A program made the position numbers and the translations under genes. Shown piece by piece: positions 25,501-40,500 of a DNA stretch of 64,000 nt (position 1 is its first letter; the number at the start of each line of letters is the position of its first letter). A model generated the notes under the pieces. That model did not search any database. It had not been told where the DNA came from and worked only from the letters and a program-made list of their open reading frames with translations. Source of the stretch: Balanoglossus misakiensis (Eukaryota > Animalia > Hemichordata); assembly GCA_040954595.2 (NCBI GenBank), contig CM082579.2, positions 1,112,922 through 1,176,921 on the forward strand. The letters are read 5' to 3'.

Positions 25501-28500
25501 TTCACCCCTGGAGGATTATCTGTAGGAAGTCCTGATTGCACGGAAAATGACTCCTGGCTTGTTTCTCACCAATACACTGACCCTTCTACAAAGATTTGCC
25601 AACTCCACCTAGGCTTATCCTTAAGTCTGTGTCACGCATGACTCACGATCGACTATGTTTACAAAACTCTATAAATTGGCAGGCTGGGACCAATCTCCCA
25701 ACTGATCCCTGACTTATATGTGGATGTACTGCGTAGTCTAGAGGGGAAATTCAAAAGACATCAAAACATGTCTCTAAAAATAAGCTCCCAACCGGATCCG
25801 ACAACCCTGTTTGTAGTAATTTAGTGGAATCATTATATGTAATGGATCTAGAAAAAATGTCTAGTATTTTGATCTGTTACAGACTAACATTAACGGATTT
25901 CCTTGTCACCACTTTACAAAATTCTGCTCTATAAAAAAATTTCCCATATGACTATATCGTCAAGATTTTTCTGTTGACCAATTTATTTGCAATAGTCGTG
26001 ACATACAACTGTTGATTTAAAATAGGCAGTTCTGTTTGTCTTTGAAGCAGTTACACTACCTGCTACCACTAATCACAGCATGTACTTTTCTTGGCGGAAA
26101 AATCCAGCAAATAGAAAGCATACCATGGCCACAGACACTCTAGTTCTCAAAGTTTTGGAAATGGGAGGTGGGGGGGGGGCAATCTTTCTATGGGATCACA
26201 CAGAGAGAAGCATATTTCTTCATGTAAATTCCCAAGTTACTGATTTCACTAGCAAGTATTTAACTGTTGTTCTATAAAAGGGGCAGATGTTATACACAAT
26301 TCCCAGCACAGACAAAGGGTCTTTTGTTTTTATCTACAGAAGTGCCCACGTCCAGAAATATGGGCCTTTATAAATCAATCAAGTTACTGCTTTGACTCCC
26401 TTAAGTATCAGGAAATTTATGACTCAGTAGCATTTAACACACTCTACATGCCTACAGTCAGCAGGAGAAAACTGTATTTTAGCAAAGACACGAGAAGTAT
26501 CAATAAATCTAAAGGCCGTTACACTAAACAGTAGAGGGGAAAAACATTCCCCACCATTGAATGGTATGGCTATGTCAGCTAGAACCGTGGACATCTTAAC
26601 ATGTTATAGGGAGTAGAAAAACAGAGTACAAGAGTTCTGTGAAAGGAAAACAACACTCACGCGACTGTGGGGGTGTTTGGTGCCCTGTAGAAATAATAAT
26701 ACAGAAATACTACACCTACGCCCGATGATCATGTTTTGATTGAGGAAAAGGATATCTTCAGCATGTTCCTGTTGTGGGTGACTATTTCAATGACTCATCA
26801 CTTAAAGACGAATCCCACTGCGACTGATCATTCTTGATTTGTAGTGTTTCATCTGATGAGGGTGGAAATTAAGGTGTCTGTACTGATCTTCCCGACATCT
26901 ATCGATCGACTTTAATGCTAAAGTAGGCATAAGTTCGTTCTGCTATGACTCATCTCTGACAGACAGTGGTTAAAACGACCACTATCTGCAACTTCTGGCT
27001 GTTATTTCACCATATTTGTTTTTACATAAAACCTAAATTTTCTTGTGAATCCAAACACACCAAGTTTTTTGCTTGTCAACAGGTGTGTTCAGTGATCAAG
27101 TTGAAAAACGCATTCAAGTCTGGACTTGAATATTATTTTTGTACAATATTCGATCTCGACAAAAAATCTGAACTGGTTGACAGACAACTGAGAAGAAATT
27201 TCTCACTGTTTGGCGACAACTGTCCCTGATCATTGACCTTGGCTGACTCGACAGTTCAGGCCATGTACACAATACTTGGAAGGCAACACAGAAAGTCTTA
27301 TCAGAATTAAATACTTCAATTATTGACACAGAATTCATCAAGATAAGGAAATGACCACATATCAAAAATCTAACATGTGTTAAACACCTGTGTCTGGGAC
27401 ACAATCCAAGACAATAAATATACTATATCAGTACACAAACGTGGCTATATAAAACATACTTGAGATAAACGGAATATAACAGAACACATGGAAACAATCA
27501 AAACCATAATTCAAAACTAAAAATGCATATTGTAACTCCACATGTTTCTTTTGAAGGAAGAATGCAAATGATCATTCTTTCCGATTGTTTCCTAAAGTTT
27601 ATATAAGGCTATGACTGCATCCAAAAGTTTGCCGGATGTTCATGTCTTTTAAAAATAATTTAGAAGGTATGTAAGTTTTTGAAATGATCAAATACCTCTG
27701 CAAACAAAAATCATTCTTTGTGTAGTGGTTACCTTGGTCATGCAAAGATCGGAACAATTTGGTAGATGATTTATTCTTTCGAGGCACACTCTTCAACATC
27801 TTCTCCACTTCTTTGTCTGGAATTTTCCTTCTCCCGATGCGAGCTGATGGGAAAAAGTGAGAAAAAAAAAACATGACACAAAGAAGAGGTGGCTAGATAC
27901 TCTGCTGATTAGAGAAGCGGCCGACAAACTTTAAGGTGTACTTTTTACAGGTTATACAATGTATATATTAGAGTCGGGGCGAAAAGCGAACTGTCCAATA
28001 TAAACATTCATAAAACTGCAGCCTCATCACTTTCAAACCCTTTTAAAATATAAATTACAAGAAGATAAGACCCAAGCTGCTTTATGCCTTCATGTTGAGA
28101 ATGGCTTACTGCGACTGAGCTGCCTGAAAGGAATGTCCTGACCAATGAATTTTATGATCAGCAGAGTTGATAAAAAGCTGTTTTTCCCCTTCTATGCAAG
28201 AACGCTGCCTGTAGTCTTGAAAGACATGGATGATAAAATATTGTAGTGATAAGAGAGAGAGTTGGGCAATGGAGAAACAGGACACAACTCCCAAATGGAA
28301 TAAATGATGTAATCTTTTTATTGGCAAAATTTGTTTGAAAATATGGGCCATATGACCATTTCATTAACAGGAATTAAAATATTAAACTGAATATAATGAA
28401 ACAGGATTAACAGTAACAGACTCTAAACCTGGGAAGCTCTCAGCCATTTACTTCATTTCAACTTCCCCTGATGACAACTGATCACCTCTTTGAAAAGGTC

Positions 28501-31500
28501 AGCCTCACTATTTTACAGATGGTGAAGTCTGTCTAAGTGAAAAACTTCCACAGAACAAGTGTGTATACATACAGCAATTAGGAAGCACAAACATAGGCCT
28601 GAAGGTTGTAACCACAAACACAGCCCCGAAGGTTGTAACTCTATCCCAACATCTAATCCTTTGTTATCAGACAAATTTATATTTAGAAACCGCTTCAAAG
28701 GCAAGAATTTTATCTTGTTGGTGTTTATATGTTTAATTTGCCAAATGCCACTGATGTTACACTTTTCATTTAATACACCAACGGAAATAACTGAAACGTA
28801 ATCAGCTTTTCTCTTAAATAAAAGCCAAATGTTTGTTGGCAGCAGCCCAGTATCTCATTTGTTTTGCTAGAATAGCCACTGAATTCTCTCCTCATATTTT
28901 AATTACATGGTAATTGCCCAAGGAAATATGGGACAGCGAAAATTTCATTTCAAATTGTACATCATTCAATAGAAGTCAGCTGCAAATGTTCTAAAGTATC
29001 CAAACACTTTTACACTCTGTGAACAAATATGCAAGACGTTGAGCACTGACCCACGATGACTATTTGGATTATTTATTGCGGATGAACAAGGACAAACAAG
29101 TGTGCCCTCTCAGCCCAACAAGGGAGAAGCACGTTTGTCTACTCAAGATGGCAGATGGCTGGATTCATGTGCGTATTTCTTTGCATACATGTACAGGTAT
29201 GACTGTAAATACCAGGATGTATACTTGTAATTGTCTGGTCTGGGTCACGAAAATAACTCTCCATCAAACGTACCTCTTGGTTCTTCCTGGGTAACAGATT
29301 CTAGAAAATCCTGGGGCGTCATGTAGATTTGATTGTCATATTCGCAAGAAGCAAATTCTTGAAATCTTTCTTCTTTCTTGGAGAGGCGTGGTGGTGGTTC
29401 CTTCTCTTTAGAATCCTACAGAAATATGTCAGAAAAAATGGGATATTGAGATAACATCAAGGTCTACTTGTATATATAATTTAATTTTACACCAGCTCTA
29501 TGATAAAGTTGGCGAGAATGGGGGCTGGGGTTGGGGGTGAGAGTGTTAAGCCAGACATAAACCCCCAGCCCCTTCCATCCTTACGCCAAACTCAGCAATC
29601 AAAGCAAGTAACCCATTGGCTGATCAGGAAAATGTGGAAAGGACATGTGCAAAAACTGGGGTCCTGAAATCAGATGACCTTTGGATCAGATGACCACACC
29701 GCAAAGTCATAAACTTGACTCAGACCCCTCCATCAACAAGATTTGTTTATGTGAATTCCATATACCCTGTAGTAATAATATGATGAACTGATGAACTGCA
29801 ACTTCGCCAAAATAAACACAGGAATGCCTGAGAGACACGTCCCTAACTCAAGGTTGTTTTCCAATGATTTGTATGTCTGATAAATTGACTCATTCTACAC
29901 TGTCCCATGATTTTCTCAATCTATCAGTTTCCATCATGTGTTTGATTACTGAGAGTTGTGTTTGAGAAATGTCTGGAGAGACCTTGTAAGATTTATGCAC
30001 CCTGGAGTAATTACACAGAACATCTGCCTTTGTAGTCAACCTTTGTCTAGAGACACAATGATATTACCTAACTTTGGGGGATTCAGGAAAATGAGTGTTT
30101 TCAGGATGTGTACAGTCTACATTAACTCCAACAGGAAAATCAAAAAGAGCTTTTAGACAGTGAGTGTCAGTACTATTTAAGAAGAGATTAAGAGATTCCT
30201 CCTGAAGACAATGAAAGAGTGTTAATACTATTTATTCAAGAATTATAGCTGTTGAAAGCTAGCTGTTAGTACAGCTACAACAACTGTGAATATTTGGGGA
30301 ATGACAACATTTAGTGGAGATTATATTGAAAGAGTTAACGAGCCGCTAATGGGACTTGGACTGCTATAATAAACACTGAATCATAACAGTATTGGGAATA
30401 GTGAAAGGAAGACACTTGCAATTCCAAGGTCATAATTGTCTCTTAGTGTACTGACTTCGTCACACTAATTGGCGAGTATTTCTTACCCATTGAAATCCTC
30501 TCATGGAATAGACCTCTTTAAGCCTTCTATTTTGTTAATGGTTAATTTCTTTTCAACGTACAGTGTAGACGGCTAAATTGAAATAAAATCAACCAGTCCG
30601 GCATTGGTAGTAAACCCCTTGGACACTTTTCTCTCATTTCCAGCTAACGAAGCAACAACTATGTTTTGTTACTTTAAATGAAGTTGTGTGACATGACAAA
30701 ATATATCATGGCCTTCATTGTTGTAAGTTAACTCAGTTCTGGCATCTTAAGTTCGTTCTTTTTTATCTGGTCGGCAACTGCATGCAAAGCAGAACAATTA
30801 GTCCCCACAGAAAGAAGGTGCAAATGAGTTCTCTTTGAGCCTATATCACCTTATTTGTAAATGATAGAAACTAGTGATTGGATGCACAATGCAGTATTCA
30901 TAGACACGTGTGGTCTCCCCTCAGAGGCGAAAAACCAGATAAGAAAAAGAAAAAAAAAACCTTGTCCTACTTCACAAAGCCGAAAGCTTTTATCCAGAAC
31001 CTGGATAAAGCAGTCGACTCATAATCACACAAAGAACGCCGAAGAATTGGTATGTTGCAGACAGATGCATGGGCAGTGTTACCTTTTATGTTTTTCTCAA
31101 ACAATCACCACTTGTACATGTCTATGACAAATATTAAATGATCTACCTCAGCCCTGAACTCTTTAAGTGGAATTCTCAACATTTTTCTCATTCTCCTAGC
31201 AAAGCCACATTGTAGCGGCAACAATAAGATTTTCGGCTTGTCTTTAACTGTTGGCAAAACAATACAGGTGGTACTGGTGATGGTTTTTGTAGAGTCCTGC
31301 AGTATAATTACTGACTACTCTAGAGGCTACTTCTATGGGGGGTGAAAGCGGACACAAGTCTGCAAAGAGAATGTGTCAGAGATGTCAATGGTCACCTCTC
31401 ACAATCTATTGTGGTTTGGACACAAGATCTGGTTAGGGTGGCTGACAGTTCAATGGACAAACTTGAGGGTTTTATGCACAGACTGTATGTATAATGCATG

Positions 31501-34500
31501 TAGACTTCACTGGTCAAGTTTCTGACTTTTCGTGCCAGACAGTGTTGACTTCTATGGTCATGCCTTTTGACTTTCCATTTAGGGCAGTGTGTAGATTTCA
31601 CTGGTCAGACTTGTGACTTTCCATGCCACAAACTTCACTTTCCATGCCACAAACTGTAGACTTCACTAACCAAATTTGTGACTTTGCAAGCGAGACAGTG
31701 TGTACATTTCAGTGTGGCCATGTCTTATAACCTGCCAACTTTTTGGTGTTTCATGTCAAACACTGTGAAGATTTCGCTGGCCAAGCTTTTTGACGTTCCG
31801 TGACAGGACTTGTACATGCAAGTGGGTATATCAAAATCTTGAAAAACAGGATTATTTTGGTTCAATGATTGTTTCATTTCAAAATTGTGACGTTGTCTTG
31901 AATGTTAGAAAGATCTTCCAAGACTCTTGACAACCATGTTTGTTTGTGATTGATTGATTGAAGTCTGGAATTGAACTGTACACTGTGATGTCTGGAAGGG
32001 TTTTCTTTTTCCTTCTTGAGTTTATCGTCACAGTTGTATTGAACTTACTGAATGTTAAAGGGTAGAAGCTACACCAGGGTTAAATGCATGTAAGCCGCTT
32101 CCCAAATCCATGTTGTTTAATAGCAAACCTTTACAGCAACCATAAAAGTTGTCTGTCTACCCTTTTATTAGAGAAAATATTTTGATTATTAAAAGACAAG
32201 ATGTTGGGTGTTGCAGATGGATTTACAGGGAGACAGGTGACAGCATATGTTGCATGGATGAGCTTCAAGAAGTTTGTTGCTTTGAAGCTGATTGGACCAC
32301 CATGGCAGAGTATTTACTGTGAAGACAATTGGAGGATTTGAGAGTATCATAAAATTACGTTAATCCAGTTCAATTTTATAGCTCATGGGATTTTATCACT
32401 GGTGGTCAATAGGTAATACTAGGCTGTCTAGCTGCTGAACAATTATGAATTTATGAGATGTTTCAACTGGGATTTTATTGTGGCCGGTAAAACTGTTCTC
32501 TTCTCAAGCGTGTGTGCACGAAACCCTCTGTGCAGTGAAATACCACAGACTGATCGAATTGACACTAATCCTTGGATATTAAGTTATTCATGAGAGACAA
32601 TCAGTGGTTGCAGTTGTTCTGCACATGGGCATTTCAAGTCCCTGGAAAATTGGGGACATTAGGGTAGATTAGTCCCGGCTGTGGTTTTTCAAACACTCCA
32701 ATGGAATACAGTGCATACACTCAATTGTACATCTAAAACAGCAACAGGTCAAATTAGAGGTGACTGTATACCTTTATACAGTTCAGTCTACTTTTGATTT
32801 AGCTACTCTTGAAGTGGCACTCTTTGTAAATTCCTCATTATAATTGATAGGTTTAGTATTGACTAATCAAATGTTGAATGAGCAGAGTGGCCTGAGTATT
32901 ACATGTGTATAATCACCGCAGATATCAGAACATTACTCGAATGATATCAATCATTTTCAAACAAGAACAGACCTGATTTGTGTGGCAATTGAAAAGAGAC
33001 TGGCAAACAATGAACTGTTATCTGGTGAGGAAATCTCAAAGAGGTTGTGAATTTGAGACTAAATGGTACAAATGATATAGTGATGATAGCCTAGCAGTCG
33101 GTACCTGATAGCGTGCAATAGTGGAAAGCTGAGACTGAGAGTACACACAGTTAAGGTTGAAATGATCAGTCATTGTCAGTATCCACCCACATTGGACGTG
33201 GTGGTAGGTGGGTAGATGGATAAGATAGATGGATGCAGACATGCACGCACACATGCATGCGCGTGCACACACACACACACACACATACATACATATAGAT
33301 GACAGTCTGACCGACACAGATAAACAGGTAGGCAGGGATGGATGGATGCAACACTGACATATGCCATAAGCTCCTGCAACTAGTGGTATAATAAATTTAA
33401 CCTAAAATCCAAACATCATCTGACGGATTCTTGGAAATCATTTATTGAGCTGATAAACAGTTGCTTAGCCTTTCCAGGACTCTAATCTGGGGCAAAGCAA
33501 CCGATTCACACTTGGTTTTCAAACTAATAGCATCACTGAAAAGAACGTGATTACATGATCATAAATCTGCTCAGAGCAAATAGGCCGACAGAGTACATTA
33601 AGTGCTGATTTACTGTTATACATCTGCCAAGGAACAACTGGCTTTTTATTTACAACTGTTTTGACCAATTTTACACAACAATAACATCTTCAAGGAATAC
33701 CTAAAATGATTTACTGTTGGTCTTGTTATTGTCTAAGGATTACTTTGCATCGAATATTGATCAGTAAACAAATCATTATTGATCATTTATTGTACAGTTC
33801 CGATCGCTATCATGATGCTGAAGAATGATCAATAATCTTCTGATTCTATATCCCTAATTCAATTTGGCTCATTACCAAGTCAATAGGATGGATAATTATG
33901 TAGAGACAGTTAGAAAGTGCCATATGTAAGTGCAACAACATCGCCACCACATGGGATAGGAATGTTGGAGACAAGACTTATGAAGACACTGTCATCCAGA
34001 GTTACAGTGATTCAGTGGGACCTATGCTACCATCAGAGATGATCACGTTCTCCCAGCCTCGGGGGCGAAAGAAGGCTTTGCCACATTGATGAACTCTAGA
34101 TGGAACTCTCATGGTCACTACTGTGAGTGTGAAACGTACTCTGCTGTAGTATTCTCGCAAGCCAGTTGCTGTAAACAGGTTGTGGTTTTTACGACAATGT
34201 GCCACAGTGGAAACTGCACTGCAGTAACAAATAAAACCAAGCTGCCATCACGGTTGCAAGTAAGACTTTGGCATCATAGTCGATCTGCCACTATACAACC
34301 ACCATGGGAGTATAGCAGGCAGATTAACCAGTTTATGAAGTCCTGGGAATATGTAACTATTTTTCTCTGTTGTTTCACTGACTGCCGATGAAAAATGTGA
34401 CACTTTGGATGTTTACAAGTCATTAATTTGTAGCATGTCAGAGACAGTGAAATGGTAGCCGGGCATAAAATTTCCAAGTATGCATTTCTGTTCTGTCATA

Positions 34501-37500
34501 AACAAGCTGAATGTCAGCTGGAATTGGAACCCTGAGATTCACTTACATGAGATGTGTTCCACAGAAACACTGAACATGGTAAATACATGTACATGTGTAG
34601 CTTTACAGTCTGTGCAGGAACACACGTCGTGTATATTTCAATAGACCATTTTCTGAACTCAATGAGATCCCACGAGATCTTGTGAGAACTATGATTGGAG
34701 GAACAATTTGGGTGACTTTCAACAAATATCTCGGCAGACACTATTCAGTGGCGCCACCAGGAATGTGATGGAAACACATTTGAAATTTTTCATAGGACAT
34801 AACGCCCTTCATGATAGGAGACCACTTGCCCTCTTCATGTCCAACAAATGACCACTTGACCTCAAGCGCATTATTCAATAGACATGGAGTAGAGGTAATA
34901 TTTATATTTGTGTAAAAGAAGGGTGCACGCTCCCTCTAGTACAATATCTACATTGATAGAGCCAATGCGACAAGCACAGGCAGATCCTACACAGCAGGTA
35001 ATATACAAGAATGTTTGCATCACTTTCCCTTCACATTTCATTGATGGAGGCGGGGCAGGGCGGCTTCTAACAAATGTAATTTAAGGCTATTCAGGGACAC
35101 TTTCAAAACAGTTTGGAAAGTGTCCCTGAATAGCATTAAATTAAAAGGGGGCCATTCTCTTTAGGTCTCATTACTGATATGTTTAGGCTTGTCTAGACTT
35201 TCTGACACTGGGTAAACCATCCCGCATCGCCATGGGATACCGCATAAAACCCACTTAATGATGTTTTCACCCAACTGTGACAGTAAATTTAATCAGTGTA
35301 TTATTAGCAAACTGGGACTAGCACTTTACAAAGTGACAAATTCATGACACGTGCACAATGACTTTCTCCTTGCAATCACTCAGATAATTACATCAACGAA
35401 GAAAAGGGATCAGTTTTTGGCTGCAATATAGTTCGCATTGATTATTCAGAAGTCATTTAGAACTCAACACATATTTCCCGAGTTCTGAATGAAACTTCTC
35501 GAAGACAGACTGATTTTTTTTTAAAGTTTGGTATTTTATGAAAGTTGACACTGAAGGCCATGATATGGTTGAGTGCACAATTAAAATGCTGAAAGGAAAC
35601 TTCCAAAGAGGGATAAGAATACCTTGTGCCTAATGTATTGTGTGCTATTTTGTAAAGATGAGCACAGTGTGTTTACAAATAGAGGATCTTCCAAATGCGT
35701 TTCCAGTTTAAACACAAAGCAATGGTTGCTTTCTTCTCATTTAAAGGCCCAGAAGCTGCAATATCTGGCTACTTTTCAGTATTTTTGTCATTTTGTATCA
35801 ACTTCGCAAATTCTTGTTCGACTTCCTATAGCATGTTAAATTGCCAACTAGTGTGTTTGTCAACTTATGTAGCTCATATATGACTATTGTTACAACTGAC
35901 AACTTAATTCAGGTCCAGACTTGAATGAAATTGTCAACAAGAACAAATTCTCAGTACAAGTACTACAACACATGGGCGTGAAGATTTGCGGATTCGAGTG
36001 AGAAACTCCATTTGATACACAATTTAAAATACTGAAAAATTATCACAACTTTCAGCTCATGGAACTAAGTTATCCATGGAGGTCATCATCAGCTCGCAGC
36101 TCGACAATCCTCTGGGGCAGCAACGGGCTACCCCAAAAAGAGACCTGATGCCCCCCTCCCCTAAGAGACCTTGGCAGGCCCACATGTGGATTGGTATGAC
36201 TTTGAGTTCCAGTTTCTCTGCCCCATTTTTGCCAAACTGTCCTCCAATTAACTGATGGTCTGAAATAGGATTTGTCCTTAACCTTTGTTTAGTTTGTAAC
36301 TGATATGCTGAAAGTCTGTTTGGCATATGAGGACAGAGATGGTGGTAATAAAAACTGACATGTGTTTCCGAGACGGGATTTCCTTGTCAAAAATGAGAAA
36401 AAGACCTTCAAAATGACGAGATTTGTGTCAAAACCAAGACAGGACTGTTTGTCATTTGTTTTCACAGGTATTTTGAAATTAGTCACAAATAGCATAAGGA
36501 TGGAAATTCTAACCCATAAGTACAATACTGCAAGGTCTGTCTAATCAAGAGATTGTGATAGCTAAATGTTATACGACAACCTGGCAATCAATGCAAGTTT
36601 CAATTCAGACATGTTTGAACTTCATCTTCACCCAGGTGGTACATTTTATTACAAACAACAGACTAACCTTGACAGTGGCTTTGAAACTCAGCGAGACCAT
36701 GGCCTCTACAAGTAGGGAGAGATGTAGGAATTTTAAAAACTTAAAGCCCGGGTTGGTGCAAAATTTCAACCAGTTATTAGATCCACCCACTTTATTTTTT
36801 TCCCACAGAAAAAAAACGTGCAACAGGTGTTTTCTTGCAGAGAAGTGGTACAGACTTGATCTGCCGGTGACAGTAGCTCCTTCATTGTGATATATGATCT
36901 AGCAAAGTGATCCAGGTTTGATAGAAGATTAAAAGATTGAATTCAATGAGTTGTAAGATTAAACAAACATGTATATTGACCTCTCACAGAGATGAGGGTG
37001 GATAACACACCAGCTATGTGAAAAGAGTAAATTATTACACTCCCAAGAATTTATACAGTGACTTCTTTAGGGAAATGCCTGTTCACACCAAAACAAATCA
37101 AACATCGGAAAAGTCTAGTGTACATAACCTATGCAGTTATCATGTGCTCCTGGTCAAGTACAAGCACTAGCCAGATTTATTGTCAAGAAAGGTGCCATTA
37201 TTCTGTTGAAATATTTTATTTAAAGTATCCAAAGGCGGACAGACCCATCCTTTTTGTCTGGTAGCTTGCAAATGGACACTAGTATTAAAAGTCTGAAAAG
37301 AATTATAGAGAACATGCCTGTTATGTTGAGAACCTAATAAGAACTGTTTGGGCCTTTATGACTAAAACTGTTGCAATTGTGGGGGAGTCTTCAACTTACG
37401 TAGTAAGAGCAATGTTTTATTTATGGGGATTCTAACAAGAATTCAGTGTTGATACAAGATAAATGTCAAACTGCAATGCTGATCCCTTCACAAACATTAG

Positions 37501-40500
37501 ACTAGACACTGTAATTCACTGCAATGAATCAAAGAAACCTTCTGCTGGAGTCAGATATGCCATGTTCATTTTCTCTATCAGGTGTTGCACAATTCACTAG
37601 AAATAAACTGAGGTGGATGTTTCCAAGAAATTTACCCAGTCAACTTATTACATCACTGCTGTATTATTTGTAGAAATCATTTCACATATTTGTATAATCC
37701 ATTGAAATTGACTGTCCATATAAAGAGTGCAGTCCACTTTACATAAATCTGTATCTTTTCTATTTTTAAAATCCTGAGAAGTTGCATGTTTGTTGGTGAC
37801 ATTGGCAACCAGGTTATGCAATGTTTTACAGAGCTCTAGCTTTGTGTGGAATGCATGGCAACATTGTCAGTGGTCAGAAAGCTGTCTGATGTTGACATGA
37901 CAGACAGAAACAGAATAGGGAGGTTGAAATCTATAGTCACCGGTTATTTGACAATACTTTCCCATAGTATGACCTGTCCCTTTCATATTCTCAGTGACCC
38001 ACTGCAAAAATCATTAAACACTTAATGCATGTCAAACACACCCAAAAAAGCTGACAACCGCAAAAAAAAAGATTCAAATGTGTGCAGCTGCATGAGCCTG
38101 ACTCTTTATTGTCACATGTGGCTTGATCTGCTGCAGGGATACATATAAGGTGTTTAACGGCTGTTGTGTTGTGTGGGGGGAATATAACTTAATATTACAA
38201 ACATACAATTTTAAGGGTTTCAGAGCAGACAGACATTGTAAATAATCATATCAGACATTCCAACAGTGAACACCTGATGATGCTTAATATCATAAACATG
38301 TAATGCAGTAGTTATATTCAAAATATCTTATTACTCAATACCTTCGCAGTAAAACGCCTCAAATAGAATTTCAATATTTGTATAATAGTCAACAATTGAC
38401 ATAGTACATTCTCTAGCTGACTTAGTACATTCCTCCAAAGGCTTAAGCTCTTTTGCCATTTTTCAGTATTCTGTGCGTCAATGTATAGTTTTTTCATTAA
38501 TTCCTTGCTAATCAACATACCTGCTGAGTGTGTAAAGTCTATATTGTTCTTGATGAAGACTGAAGTCAAGTCTGGACTTGATTTCACTTATCCACAATAC
38601 TAATGGTTGTTACACATGTACATGCTATAAGCAGAAGACTGACTGGACATATTACGTCAAAAGCATGCTATTTAGAAAAGCAGATCTCTACTTCATTATA
38701 GCGTCCATGTATAAACACAAGCCAAAATGCTAAATAATTGTCTCCTTGAGTTGCACCCACTTCAGAAACCAAACTCTTGCTTTGAATGTCTATATATGAT
38801 AATTTGTGTACATGTTGAAAAGACTGTTTCTACATTGCTTCTTCAAAATCCTTTTCCAAAATAAGCATGGTCATTGCATGGCCCAATGCAATATCCGAAC
38901 TCTGCATTAAAAGGATGGTAGCTTCTGAACTTTTGATGATTAATTTCACTATTTACGTCTGCAGTTTCTTGTCCATTCGCTGAAGTATGTTAAATGCCAA
39001 GTATTCAGCATGTCAACAAAGTATGTGTACGTGTAAAGTGCAATGTTATTGTTGACATTTGAATTTTAGTCCAGACTAAAATTCAACTGTAAACAGTAAC
39101 AATGCTGTTTATTTGTATTTACAGCCAGGTTGTGATGTGCAGTGGTTAATACAATCAACACGCAGAAAAGTCTGTTTTTATTTGGCAACATATTCTCAAA
39201 TCCATGAGTCTTATCTTTTATTTTTAACTGTCACCTTTTATCAAACAGCCTGCAGTGGACATAGAGTATATTGTATCCTTAATTAGGTGTGAATTACCCA
39301 TCCTCAGCCATGGGCTGTCGCATTGAACTGTGGGTAAGAGAGTTCAAAATCAGGACGGCTGATACTTGTGATACAACGCAAGAGCATGGGGAAATTCACT
39401 GGCCAAACATATTAGAACAATAAATATTTGAAGGTATTTGTGATCACTAGGGGGTTATAATTTGTCCAATAGTTTATTCTGGTTTGTTCTTTATAAAACA
39501 CCATCGCTACGGACTGACCCATGCCTGCCTCCAAGCAATGTTACGAGCATCTGTGCCCTGAACTATATCCATGAGGACCCACAACTGTGTCTGTTAAACT
39601 CTTGGATGGTACACGCTGATACTGTGACAGCAACCTGACTGGTCTGGCTATCAATTCTACAAGTTTAATGCCAAGGGTAAATCTGGCGACTCCAAAACAG
39701 CTTCAGTAAATATACAGAGATTCACTTGTCAGTAAGACTTACAACGACAGCATTTATCTTCTCAACATTAGACAATAATTCTTCATGGCACATCTGTAAT
39801 TTGTAAGGATATAGATTCACTGATGAGGTACATGTATAAAACATCCAAGAACAGCATCAGTTTATATTCACAAAGGAATTGCAGAAAGGGGAGATAGAGG
39901 ACATACAGCCAGTTACAGTTTACACCACTGAGCCAGAGAGTAACTTACTACCGTTGTCATTTAAGCACCCCGAAACACTGATAAGAACTCCAATATAATT
40001 AGCCAGAGTAAACTGAGATTTTTATGCTGAAGTCGGCATCTGGTTACGTTCGTTTTGATCATTAGAACTGATTAGAGCAGTTCTGTATCAACATGTACCA
40101 CATGTTGCATGTACGTACACTCATCAATCTGTTTATAAAAACACAAACTGAGATCTCATAAAAGTAAATGCCATCTTATTTAAGCTAATTATAGCTGATG
40201 GGTTCAGGATACATCCTACTTGTCACAAATACAAACTTGTTTTGTCTCAATTCTGTGAAATTCGTGACAAATAACCAAAGGGAAAGCATAAATTAGTGAT
40301 TAAGAATCGTACTAAACCTGGCAAATGTCCGAGAGTGTGTGGATGGTCACTGGTGAGAAGACTTTTTGGCCAAAATTAGCAAAACTTGAATTGATCAATG
40401 TAGTTGACAGCTCTGGAAGATGACAGTTGTTTACCATCTGCTCATGCCGAACGACTTGGTTGCAATTCTATCAGTTGTCCTCAACATTCCAAAATCCATC

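Noticed and set aside
29521-29572. G-rich tract with a 10-bp inverted partner, and poly-G/C runs elsewhere (e.g. 47408, 51190, 52208, 55890)
   Set aside because: Short low-complexity tracts with no evidence of function.
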